This document shows positions 25,550 through 37,669 of a stretch of DNA of 64,000 nt, in pieces. The stretch is from Chiloscyllium plagiosum (taxonomy: Eukaryota): contig NC_057750.1 of assembly GCF_004010195.1 (NCBI RefSeq), positions 15,601,821-15,665,820 on the forward strand, read 5' to 3'. Every line of letters starts with the position of its first letter. Positions within the stretch are counted from its first letter, which is position 1. A program made the position numbers and the translations under genes. The notes under the pieces were generated by a model, which saw nothing but the letters and a program-made list of their open reading frames with translations, made no database searches and was not told where the DNA came from.

Positions 25550-25796
25550 CAGGGACACTCAGTCCTGTTATGCGCGCACACACACATAGTCAGTGCTGGA
25601 GCACTCAGTCCTGTTTTACACACACACAGTCGGTGCTGGGACACTCAGTCGTGCTTTACACACACACACGTGCGCACACACACGCACGCACGGTGCTGGG
25701 ACACTCAGACCTGCTTTACACACACACAGTGCTGGGACACTCAGTCCTGCTTTACACACACGTGCACACAGTCGATGCTGGGACACTCAGTCCTGC

Positions 25797-25842
<46 letters not shown>

Positions 25843-28062
25843 GCTTGGCCACTCTGTCCTGCTTTACACACGAGCACACACACACACATGGTGCTGGGAC
25901 ACTCGGTCCTGCTTTACACACGCACACACACTCTGTGCTGGGGACACTCGGTCCTGCTTTAGACGCACAAATTCGGTGCTGGGACACTCGGTCCTGCTTT
26001 GCACGCGCACACATGCTTGGTGCTGGGACACTCGGTCCTCTTTACACACGCACGCACACACTTGGTGTTGGGACACTCGGTTCTGTTTTACATACACGCA
26101 CACACACTCGGTGCTGGGACACTTGGTCCTGCTTCTCTCTCACTCACAAACGCGCACACACACACACATGGTCCTGGGCCACTCGGTCCTGCTTTACACA
26201 CGAGCACGCACACACATGGTGCTGGGACACTCGGTCCTGCTTTACGCACACACACTCGGTGCTGGGGACGCTCGGTCCTGCTTTATACACACACACACAC
26301 ACACACACACTCGATGCTGGGAGACTCGGTCCTGCTTTACACGCACAAATTCGGTGCTGGGACACTTGGTCCTGCTTTACACCCACACACTCGGTGTTGG
26401 GACACTCGGTCCTGCTTTACACACATGTGCACACAGTCGGTGCTGGGACACTCGGTCCTGCTTCTCCACACCCACACACGGTGCTGGGACACTTGGTCCT
26501 GCTTTACTTACATACACACGGAGCTGGGACACTCGGTCCTACTTTACACACACACACACACACACACACACGCGGTGCTGGGACACTCGGTCCTGCTTTA
26601 CACACACACACACACGTGCTGGGACACTCGGTCCTTACACACGCGCGCACACGGTGCTGGGGCACTCGGTCCTGCTTTACACGCACAAATTCGGTGCTGG
26701 GACACTTGGTCCTGCTTTACATGCGCACACACACTAGGTGCTGGGACACTCGGTCCTGCTTTACACACATGTGCACACGCTCGGTGCTGGGACACTCGGT
26801 CCTGCTTTACACACATGTGCACACGCTCGGTCCTGCTTTACACACATGTGCACATGCTCGGTGCTGGGACACTCGGTCCTGCTTTACACACGTGCACACG
26901 CACACGCTCGGTGTTGGGACACTCGGTTCTGTTTTACATACACGCACACGCACACACTCGGTGTTGGGACACTCGGTTCTGTTTTACATACACGCACACA
27001 CACTCGGTGCTGGGACACTCGGTCCTGCTTTACACACGCGCACACACACACACACTCGGTGCTGGGGCGCTCGGTCCTGCTTTACACACGCGCACACACT
27101 CGGTGCTGGGACACTCGGTCCTGCTTTACACACGCACACACACGGTGTTGGGACACTCGGTCCTGCTTTACACCCACACACACTCGATGCTGGGATACTC
27201 GGTCCTGCTTTACACACACACACACACACACTTGGTGTTGGGACACTCAGTCCTGCTTTATACACACACGCATATAGTTGGTGCTGGGACACTCGGTCCT
27301 GCTTTACACACATACACACACACACACACGGTGCTGGGAAACTCGGTCCTGCTTTATACACACACACACACACACGGTGCTGGGACACTCGGTCCTGCTT
27401 TACTTACTCACACACGGTGCTGGGACACTCAGTCCTGCTTTACACACACACACACACTGTGCTGGGACACTCGGTCCTGCTTTAAACACACACACACGGG
27501 GCTGGGACACTCAGTCCTGCTTTACATACACACACACACACGGTGCTGGGACACTACGTCCTGCTTTACTTACGCACACACGGTGCTGGGACACTCGGTC
27601 CTGCTTTACACACACACACGGCGCTGGGACACTCGGTCCTGCTTTACACACACACACACACACACACATGGTGCTGGGACACTCGGTCCTGCTTTACACA
27701 CACACGGTGCTGGGACACTCGGTCCTGCTTTACACACGCACATGTGGTGCTGGGACACTCGGTCCTGCTTTACACACGCACATGCGGTGCTGGGACACTC
27801 GGTCCTGCTTTACACGCACAAATTCGGTGCTGGGACACTTGGTCCTGCTTTATACCCACACACTCGGTGTTGGGACACTCGGTCCTGCTTTACACACATG
27901 TGCACACAGTCGGTGCTGGGACACTCGGTCCTGCTTTACACGACATGCACTCGGTGCTGGGACACTAGGTCCTGCTTTACACGCACACGCACACACACTC
28001 GGTGCTGGGACACTCGTTCATGCTTTACACGCACACGCACACACACTCGGGGCTGGGGCACT
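25550..28062 (+). repeat. Compound minisatellite: conserved 27-bp unit plus variable CA-rich spacer
   Basis: GGTGCTGGGACACTCGGTCCTGCTTTA occurs about 55-60 times (estimate), separated by (CA)n variants. Confidence 0.95.
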
Positions 28063-28389
28063 CACTTTTTCATATGCACTCAGATCTGGTTTATGCAAGT
28101 TGGTGCTGAGAATCTCAGTCTGGTTTTCCACAAACGCACACAATGAAATGAAAAGATAGCGCACACTCTGTCCTGTCACACACACTGGGATGTACAGGAA
28201 ACCATGCACAGTGGTATTTCACTGGACTAGTAATCCAGTGATCAAGGTCACAATACCATCATTATACCATCATCATTGCGCTGTCCTACCAGCAGGACAG
28301 ACCCAGTGGAGATGGTGGCACTGTGGTATAGAGTCAGGCGGGAGCTAACCTGGGAATCATCAGCATTGACTCTGGACTTCATGAAGTCT

Positions 28390-29515
28390 GAAGGGTTTGC
28401 AGATGATATCAACATTGGTGGCATTGTGGACAGTGAAGCAGGTTACCTAAGACCTCAAAGAGATCTTGATAAATTGGATCAATGAACTGAGGAGTGGCAG
28501 ATGGAGTTTAATTTTGATAAATGTGAGGTGTTGTATTTTGGTAAAACAACAAAGGGTAGGATTTATACAATTAAAAGTAGGTTCTGGATCAGTGGTGCTG
28601 GAAGAGCACAGCAATTCAGGCAGCATCCGAGGACAGGCAAAATCGACGTTTCGGGCAAAAGCCCGCTTTTGCCAGAAACGTCGATTTTGCCTGTCCTCGG
28701 ATGCTGCCTGAATTGCTGTGCTCTTCCAGCACCACTGATCCAGAATCTGGTTTCCAGCATCTGCAGTCATTGTTTTTACCAATTAAAAGTAGGGCCTAGT
28801 GTTGTAGACCAGAGAGAGCTAGGGGTTCAGGTACATAAGTCTTTGAAATTCACATCACAGATAGACAGGGTGATTAAGAAAGCTTTTATCATGCTTGCTT
28901 CATTGTTTAGATCTTTGAGTATAGGAGTTGGAATGTCGTATTGAGATTGCACAGGATGTTGGTGAGGCTCCTTTTGGAGAACTGTTCAGTTCTGGTTGCC
29001 CTGCTATAGAAAGGGTATTATTAAATTGGTGAGGGTTCAGAAAAGATTTACCAGGATTTTGCCGGAAATGGTGGTATTGTATTGCACAAAAATAGATTGG
29101 ATTGGCTGGGTCTATTTTCACTGGAGTGTAGAAGATTGAGGGTGACTGTCTCTAGGTTTATAAAATCATAAAGGGCATAGATAAGGTGAATGGCAAGGAT
29201 TTCATTTCCCTACGGTGGTGGAGTTCAAAACTAGGGGGCATATTTTTAAAGTGAAAGGAGGAGGTTTTTAAAAAGGTATGAGGGGCAACTTATTTTACAT
29301 AGAGAATGGATCGTGTGTGAAATGAACTGGCAGAGGAAATGGGTGCAAGTACAATTGCAACATTTAAAAAAAATTTGGATAAGTACGTGAATAGGAAAGG
29401 TTTAGAGCGATATGGACAAAATACAGGCACATGGGGCTAGTTTAGTTTGGGAACATTGTTGGTAAGGACTAGTTGGACTGAAGGGTCTGTTTCCATGTGG
29501 TATGACTCTATGGCT
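28390..29515 (+). mobile_element. CR1 LINE RT/3' end, split by a foldback insertion
   Basis: FADDINIGGIVDSEAGYLRPQRDLDKL, MEFNFDKCEVLYFG and QRELGVQVHKSLK, followed by the CR1 tail. Confidence 0.9.
28582..28779. mobile_element. Young foldback PLE-derived element with a 14-bp TSD
   Basis: Arms of ~81 bp with one mismatch. TSD CAATTAAAAGTAGG at 28568-28581 and 28780-28793. Confidence 0.9.
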
Positions 29516-29674
29516 TCAGATAAAACATGGATAAGGAAACCACCTCCTTGTTACCACATATTGGTAAGAGTAGTCACCACCTAGTCATTGTGGAGTCCAG
29601 GTTCCACAAGAAAATCCCTTACATTTTGTTGTGTGGCACTATCACCGTGCTAAATGGGATGGACTTTGAACACA

Positions 29675-29885
29675 GCTTAAAAATGGGTTGCTGGAAAAGC
29701 GCAGCAGGTAAGGCAGCATCAAAGGAGAAGGAGAATCGACGTTTTGGGCATAAGCCGTGAAGAAGGGCTTATACCTAAAACGTTGATTCTCCTTCTCCTT
29801 TGATGCTGCCTGACGTGCTGCGCTTTTCCAGCAACACAATTTTAAGCTCTGATCCCCAGCATCTGCAGCCCTCACTTTCTCCTAG
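29675..29885. mobile_element. Foldback PLE-derived element with TSD
   Basis: Inverted arms around GTGAAGAAGGGCTTATACCTAAAACG. TSD TGGACTTTGAA(C/T)ACA at 29660 and 29886. Confidence 0.8.
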
Positions 29886-31208
29886 TGGACTTTGAATACA
29901 CCTAATAACTTGAGACTGAGCATCCATGTGGCACTGTGAGCCATCAACAGCACTCGCAGCAGATTCGTTCCCCAACACAAACTGCCACTTTACCATTATA
30001 ATCAAGCAGAGGATCAATCTCAGTTCAATGAAGCCTGGAGGAGCAGATGCCAGGAGCAGCAGCAGACATCCTGAGAAGAATATCAACTGGTGAAGCTAGA
30101 AAACAGAATTAATTGTGTGCCAAACACATTAATAGGACATGATAGAGCTTAGCACTTCCACAACCAATGGATCAGGTCTGAGTACTGCAATCCTCTCAAA
30201 TTCAGTCATTAGTGGTGATGGACAGTGAAACAACAGATTGGAGGAGGAGGCTCCACAAATATCCCATCCTCAATGATGCAAGAGCCCAACATTAGTGTGA
30301 AAGATAAGGCTGAAGCATTCGCAGCAATTTTCAGCCAGAAATGCTGAGTGGATGAACCATCTCCGCCTCTGCCAAAGGTTCCCAGCATAATAGGTGCCAG
30401 TTTTCAGCCAATTCAATTCATTCCAATGATGTCAAGAAATGGTTGGAGGCCCTGGTTACTGTAAGGGCTATAAACCCTGACAAAATTCCAGCAATAGTTT
30501 AAAAGACGTGTGCTGCAGAGCAGTCTGCACCTTAGCCAAGTTGTTTTAGTAAATCTACAATGCTGACATCTACATAATAATAGTCATAGAGATCTACAGG
30601 CTTGACCAATTATGCATCATCACTCAGAGCTATCTACAATGTGTATTTACAAGATGCATTGCTAAAGTTCACTAATGTTCCTCCAATATTACCTTCCAGA
30701 CTTAAACCACCACCATCTAGAAGGACAAAGGCAGCAGATACATGGGAATATCACTACCTGCATGTTCCCTCCAAGCCACACGCCACCTTCAAAATAAATT
30801 GACATTTATTTTGACCCAGTGACCCCCTGCCACAGGGTCAAAATACTGCAACTCCCTCCCTAACGGCATTGTGGGTCTACCTATACCCTGAGGACTGCAG
30901 TGATTCAAGAAGAGAGCTCACCATCCCCTTCTCAAGGGCCACTAGGTGTAGGCATAATGACTGACCTAGACAACAATGCTCTCTTTTTGTGAATGGAACT
31001 TTGAATCTGAAAATGAAATTTAGAAGGACAAGGCCATGGATCAGATTACAATTTTAACTGCAACTAAAAGACAGAAGGTAAATCCTGCTGTGAGTGCAGA
31101 GTAATTCCTGAGTTGGGTGAGACGTATGATGGTTTTTTTGTAAAAGAGAAGATAATCCCTTTTTCTTCAAAGGAGGCATCTAAGCCCATAACAATTCTAT
31201 GGGATACA

Positions 31209-31460
31209 GATTAGATTAGATTAGATTAGATTATTTACAGGGTGGAAACAGGCCCTTCGGCCCAACAAGTCCACACCGACCCGCTGAAGCGTAACCCACC
31301 CAGACCCATTCCCGTACATTTACCCCTTCACCTAGCACTATGGACAATTTAGCATGGCCAATTCACCCAACCTGCACATTTTTTGATTGTGGGAGGAAAC
31401 CGGAGCACCTGGAGGAAACCCAGGCAGAATGTGCAAACTCCACACAGAGTCGCCTGAGTG
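31209..31460 (-). mobile_element. HE1-type V-SINE, 5'-truncated, with (TAATC)n tail
   Basis: Reverse complement closely matches 38270-38515. Confidence 0.85.
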
Positions 31461-31729
31461 TGACTAAAACTCTCCTGGCTGAGGATGGATTTAGTTTTCC
31501 CTCCACAGAGTTAAATGAAAACCAAAATGTTAGTAAATAGAACAGGTGGGGAGTATATCCTGGTTCCATTGATCCAAGACAAAGTGGAGTGTGCCGAGTT
31601 TTCTGGACCAGTGATAGCTGGGGTAATAAAGACATTAGCTGTGGATGGGATTGAATTACCCCTGGAGGAATGGGTTGGCAGGAATGAAAGTTATAGCTTC
31701 ATTTATGATTACAGGGAGTCTAGTTATCG

Positions 31730-32445
31730 CATCATACAGTCATACAGCACAGAAACAGACCCTTCAGTCCAACTTGTCCATGTTGACCAAACATCGTAAA
31801 CTGATTTAGTCTCATTTGCCAGCATTTGGCCCATATACCCCTAAGTTCTTCCTGTTCATATACTCATCTAGATGCCTTTTAAATGCTGTAATTGTACCTG
31901 CCTCCAGCTTTCTCTGGCAGCTCTTTCCATACACACAACCACCCTCTGCATGAAAAACGTACCCCTCAGGTCCTTTTTAAATCTTTCCCCTCTCACCTTA
32001 AACCAATGCCCCTTAGTTTTGGACTCCCCTACCCTGGAAAAAAGACGTTGGCTATTCACCCTGTCCATGTCCCTCATTATTTTATAAACCTCCATATGGC
32101 ACCTCTCAGCCTCCATTGCTCCAGGGAGAAAAGTTCCAGCCTATTCAACCTCTCCCTTTAGCTCAATCCTGGCAACATTCTTCTCTGAATCCTTTCAAGC
32201 TTAACAACATCTTTTCAATAGCAGGGAGACCAGAATTGAATGTAGTATTCCAAAAGTGGCCTCACCAATGTCCTATATAGCCAACATGATATCCCAACTC
32301 CTGTTCTCAGTGCACTAACCAATGAAGGTAAGCATGCCAAACACTGCCTTCACCCTGTCTACCTGCGACTCCACTTTTAAGGAACTATGCACCTGCACCT
32401 CTAGGTCTGTTTGTTCAGCAACACTCCCCAGGGCCCTACCATTGT
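31730..32445 (-). mobile_element. CR1 LINE 3' fragment
   Basis: EVYKIMRDMDRVNSQRLFSRVGESKTKGHWFKVRGERFKKDLRGTFFMQRVV. Confidence 0.9.
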
Positions 32446-32624
32446 TGCCTTTGCAAGGTAATCCCCTGAAAGTGAAATTGAGTGGTCCATCAGAGTGGTT
32501 AGTGAAACGACTTAACTGATTTTAGTCCTGATTTTAGGCAGAAAACGCCATGGTGTCCCATAAAAATGTTAAGCAGTTATTGTTGGGAAGATGATTAGAT
32601 AACTGCAGGGAAGAAGATATACTT

Positions 32625-33040
32625 GAGATTCAAGCTTCTTCCCCGCTGTTACCAGACTTATGGACACACCTCTCATACATTAGATTTGACCTTACTCTGC
32701 ACCTTCTCTGTACCTGTAACACTATATTCTGCACCCTGTTCTATTACCCTGATGTACTTACTCAGTGATTTGGAGGTGCCCCCCGGTGTTGGACTGGGGT
32801 GTACAAAGTTAAAAATCACAGCACCAGATTATAGACCAACAAGTTCATTTGGAAGCACCAGCTTTTGGAGAACCATCTGATGAAGGAGCGGCAGTCCAAA
32901 AGCTAGTGCTTCCAAATAAAGCTGTTAAACTATAACCTGATGTTGTGTACTTATGTAATGTATGATTTGTCTATTGGATGCAAAACAATATTTTTCACTG
33001 TCTCGGTACATGTGGCAATAATAAATCAAATCAAATCAAA
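32625..33040 (+). mobile_element. Rex1/Babar-type LINE 3' end containing a foldback PLE-type insertion (~32761-32945)
   Basis: Tail TTTTCACTGTCTCGGTACATGTGGCAATAATAAA(TCAAA)n. The insertion is flanked by TGTACTTA duplicates and contains CTGATGAAGGAGC...TCCAAAAGCTAG. Confidence 0.6.
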
Positions 33041-34059
33041 ATGGTAAGAGTATTAGAAGATGACAAAGACAATAAGAGTGAGGTTGAAGGTAAACAGTTC
33101 TCACAGTGAACCCCCTGCAATCTGATTAGCTAACACAGAAATATTGGGTCAGATCAACACTGTTCTCACCTTTAAAGAAAGAACATTGGGAGCATCTTGT
33201 AAGACTAATGAACCTGTTCATTAGTCTCAAATAAACCTGTTGGATTATAACCTGGTGTTGTGTGATTTTTAACAAGGTTCATGAGGTACACCTTGATGCA
33301 TTCCTATGCCCACATTATGCCCAGCTAATGTAGAGTCAGGACCAATAAAGCAACATCCTTATTGGTTGAGCCCATAGAAACAAGCTCAGGTGGGAACAAA
33401 GATTCTGTATGTGCCGGAAAACCGTTTGATTGAACCCAGTCACAGCAGCTGGAGTTCACTGATAGTGTTAGGTCCTCATCCAGATAGATTAAGTACACTG
33501 TCCAAAGGGTGTAGAAGGATACATGCAGTTACAAAAACAGGTTGATACCCAGTCCCTTGGTTCCATGACTAATGGGGGGATAGCGTAAATGAAATGATAC
33601 AGTTTAATGGGGTTACAAAACAGAGACATGGGGCCAATATGGTGTGACCAGTTATCTTGTATTTTAAGGCATTGTCCCTTACTTGGACTATTTGTCCCAT
33701 CTCTTGAATGGGCAACCTTTTGTCCTGTAATTATAGAACAACTTGCAGGGGCGATGGTGTGAATGATCTGAGTGGGACTTTGTCTTTGAGCTGACCTGCT
33801 GTCATGACTGCAAAGTAATAGTTGTGCCTTTTGCTTGCCTCCGAGCCACATGGTTACCAGAACCCCTCTCACTCCCACTTTGTACCCCATTCACCCCCTC
33901 CTTCACCACCATCACCACCACCGTCATCACCATCACACTCAACAACATCCGTGCCCTCTTCTCCATTCCTTCACCATCAATCCTCTCCAGGTCCCATGCT
34001 CAAAGCTTCCCTGTTCTGTTTCATAAGTATTCATCACTCTGATACATACAGAAATCATT

Positions 34060-34700
34060 GAAGATGATTGGCTAAGTTGGTAATGTTGTTAAAATGTACT
34101 AACTCCTCAGATTTGTTAACAGAGGCTTACGATGCAAACGCCAAGATGTTAGGTTACGCTATTAAAAACATTGGTTAGGTCTCACTGGAGTACTGATCCA
34201 ATTCTAGCCACTGCATTTCATGATAAATGGTAAGGCATTGGAGAGGATGTGGAGATGATTTACCAGAGTGACTACTAGAGATGAGGGATTTCAGTGATGT
34301 GGAGAGACTGGAGAAGCTCAAAGTGTTGCCTTTACAGCAGAGAAAGTTAAAGGAAAATTAAAAGCATCCTAACTGTTTCCAGTGGCAGGAGTTCAAAGGC
34401 AAAACAGTGCAAATGTTGGGAATTGAGGGATCATTGATCTGAATTGTGAGTTCTGTTTCTGTCCACCAACGCTGTCTAACCTGCTGAGTTTTTCCAGGCC
34501 TTTTTCTGTCCTTACTCCAGGTGCAGGTGAGTCAGTAAGTAAAGGACACAGGCAGAAGACAGTCGGCAAAAGGAAATGGGGGTAGATGAAGCTTTTTTAA
34601 AATTCAGTAAATTGTTGCAATCTGGAATGTGTTGTCTGAAAGGGCAGTGGAGGAAGAATCAGACAATGATCAAAAGACAGTCAGATAAAATGCAAACGGA
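34060..34700 (+). mobile_element. CR1 LINE fragment with an embedded PLE terminus
   Basis: LVRSHWSTD/LEY-like and ALERMWR remnants. Confidence 0.55.
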
Positions 34701-36325
34701 ATAACTTTGCAACCTCTGTTAGCTGTTTGCTCATCTACCTAATAGCAAATATTCTGACAATGAATGGCAACATGGAATTGCTGGTGGGGCAAATTATAGT
34801 GGATGCATCGAAAGAGAGAGAGAGATAGGTTGTTTTGAAAAAAAAACTGGTTGTTAGTTAATGTCACTAAAGGACAGAATAAAAGTAAGAGCATTGGCAT
34901 GCTTTTTTGGTAATTTCACTTGTGCCTGGGCAAGAGGGGAGGAGAACCCATTAGTAGACATCTTCTGATGAATCTGGACTCAGGTGAAGGCAGTCCTATA
35001 GAGTTGGACAACAAAGAGGAGACATCTGAGAATGATGGAGAAACTCAAAATCTGATGGCATCTGCGGCGAGAGAAAAGTCTGGTAACATTTTCAAGGTGG
35101 TCAGAGTGCCTGCGCCAAAAGAAAAAGAGCAATAATGTGTAATTCTGTTGATTGTATGGAAGGCCAATGTGAAGCTATGGTGCTGAGACAGGTGAATTTG
35201 TTGGAAAGAGAAACCCATTCAGGGGCCTTATTGCATTTATAAGCTCACACAGGATTCAGGAATGGAAGTCAGGAAAGCTGTAGGAATGGAGGTGAGGGTT
35301 GAATCAATGGGAGCTATGGACTAGCTGAAGTTGGAAAGGGTATGATGGAAATGGGGAGAGGTTTGAGGGTTCAAGGGAGAGGATTGGCTTTTCACTATGG
35401 GGAAATAGGAGTAGCTGCATAGATAGTTAAATAGAGCCAGAAGACCATTCCAGCCTGTTCAAAGAATCTTATGTCACATAAATGTTTGAGCATAGCCATT
35501 CAGCCTACTAAGTTTGTGCCAGTTTCTTTCTCCACATGACCCATCTCATGTAATCTTACGTTTTAGCTGGTTCCTCCTGTCCTGCTTCATTAAATAACCA
35601 ATCTTCTGCTACAGTTCTCTGTTCGAAGGCAAGTGTTCCTCTGTTCCTCCTTCCAATGGGAGGAAAGTCGCAACTTTCACTGCAGGTAGAGCAAGGACGT
35701 AAGTACCAAACTCAACCTAGCCAGGACAGAGATTGACCCTGTGTTGGCACCAATCAAATCCACACTGGGGTCCGGCCAATGGAGCTATTCATTGATTATA
35801 TTACAGATGGAGTCGAGTAAAACTATTCACCTTCTGCACCACAAGTAAATTCCCTGACCCTATCTATTTATAGAGTCATAGAGTCTCATAGAGATGTACA
35901 GCACGTAAACAGACTCTTCGGTCCAACTCATCCACGCCGACCAGATATCCCAACCCAATCTAGTCCCAACTGCCAGCACCTAGCCCATATCCCTCAAACC
36001 CTTCCTATTCATATATCCGTCTAGATCAATGGTTAAAAACAAACAATTACAATTTTTCAAGTTCATTCGTGGGAAGTGACTATAGAGTTCCAGCATTTTG
36101 ACCCAGTGACACTGAAGGAACAGCAATATATTTTCAAATCAGGATGCTGAGTGGTTTGAGGGGGAGCTTGTAGGTGGTGGTGTTCCCAGGTATCTGCTGC
36201 CCTTATCCTTCTAAGGGTTAGAGGTTGCAAGTTTAGAAAGCGCTGTTTAAGGAGTCATGGTGAGTTGCTGCAGTGCATCTTGTAGATAGAGTCATAGAGA
36301 TGTACAGCATGGAAACAGACCCTTC

Positions 36326-36650
36326 NNNNNNNNNNNNNNNNNNNNNNNNNNNNNNNNNNNNNNNNNNNNNNNNNNNNNNNNNNNNNNNNNNNNNNNNNNN
36401 NNNNNNNNNNNNNNNNNNNNNNNNNNNNNNNNNNNNNNNNNNNNNNNNNNNNNNNNNNNNNNNNNNNNNNNNNNNNNNNNNNNNNNNNNNNNNNNNNNNN
36501 NNNNNNNNNNNNNNNNNNNNNNNNNNNNNNNNNNNNNNNNNNNNNNNNNNNNNNNNNNNNNNNNNNNNNNNNNNNNNNNNNNNNNNNNNNNNNNNNNNNN
36601 NNNNNNNNNNNNNNNNNNNNNNNNNNNNNNNNNNNNNNNNNNNNNNNNNN
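36326..36650. other. Assembly gap (325 N) inside a CR1 copy
   Basis: N run flanked by CR1 tail and CR1 RT sequence. Confidence 1.
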
Positions 36651-37669
36651 CTCCCAACTCCTGTACTCAATACTCTGACCAATAAAGGAAAGCATACCAA
36701 ACGCCTTCTTACACTGTTACAACTGTGTGTTGGTGGTGAAGGGAGTGAATGTTGAAGGTGGTAGATGTATCAGTCAAGTCGGTTGCTTTAACCTGGAATG
36801 TGTCAAGCTTCTTGAATTGGCGCTGCACTCATCCAGGCAAGTGGACAATATTCCATCACATTCCTGTTGTGGGCCTGCAGCATAGGCAGTCAGGAGCTGA
36901 GTTACTCTGCCCAAATTTGCAGCCTCTGACCTACTTTTGTAACTACAACTGGCTGGTCCATATGTAAGCAGATTGTATATTTTAACATGTTGCTACCTGT
37001 AGTTTGCTATTTAAGGAGGTGTTTCTATAAGGAGCATCAGAAGAAAGAATATCGAGAAGCCAGACAAGTGATGAAAAGCAGAACAATAACTCAATAATAC
37101 CAACTTTTCATATAACACTTTTCATGCAATTTAATTTAGTGTGCTGGACAGCTGTGATTATCAAACCAAATTGAACTGTGGTCCATACAAGGAGACATTA
37201 GCAGGTCAGATAACCAAAACGTTTCATTAAAAAAGTAGCCTTTTGGAGTGTAGTGAAAAAGCTGAATAAGTTAACAAGCCAAAGAGTTTTAGGAATGCAA
37301 TCCCTTACTCCCAACTAGAACAGTTATTTGAACTGAAAATGTTGGAATAATGGAAATTGGGGATGCTCAGTGATTTTGTAAAGTTGTGAAAGCGGCAGGG
37401 GGGGATCCAGTGACAGAAATAGGGAGAATCACTAGAGGCCATGGAGTGATGTGAAATTGAGTGAATAGAATTTTTGAATTGAAATTTTGCTTAAACAATA
37501 CTTGATAGGTCAGCAAGCTTGGGGCATTGAGGTACAACCAGCAGACCATGTCTAGGGCAGGGAACCATCCAAATTCCAACTGAGCTTAAATGAGATACAG
37601 GCCACTCAGGCAGTCTGAAGACTATGTAGACACAGGACACAGAATGTGTGAATAGACATCTAGATTGAG

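Noticed and set aside
25550..28062. CRISPR array
   Set aside because: The spacers are low-complexity, recurring (CA)n variants. There are no cas genes or leader, and the context is vertebrate.
25593..28159. Long His/Thr-rich ORFs (630, 715, 355 and 293 aa)
   Set aside because: They are open in several frames only because the repeat lacks stop codons, and all frames give the same recycled peptides.
33822..34061. His/Pro/Thr-rich ORFs
   Set aside because: They come from (CAC)n low-complexity sequence.
36233..36755. ORFs spanning the first gap
   Set aside because: Artefacts of the N run.
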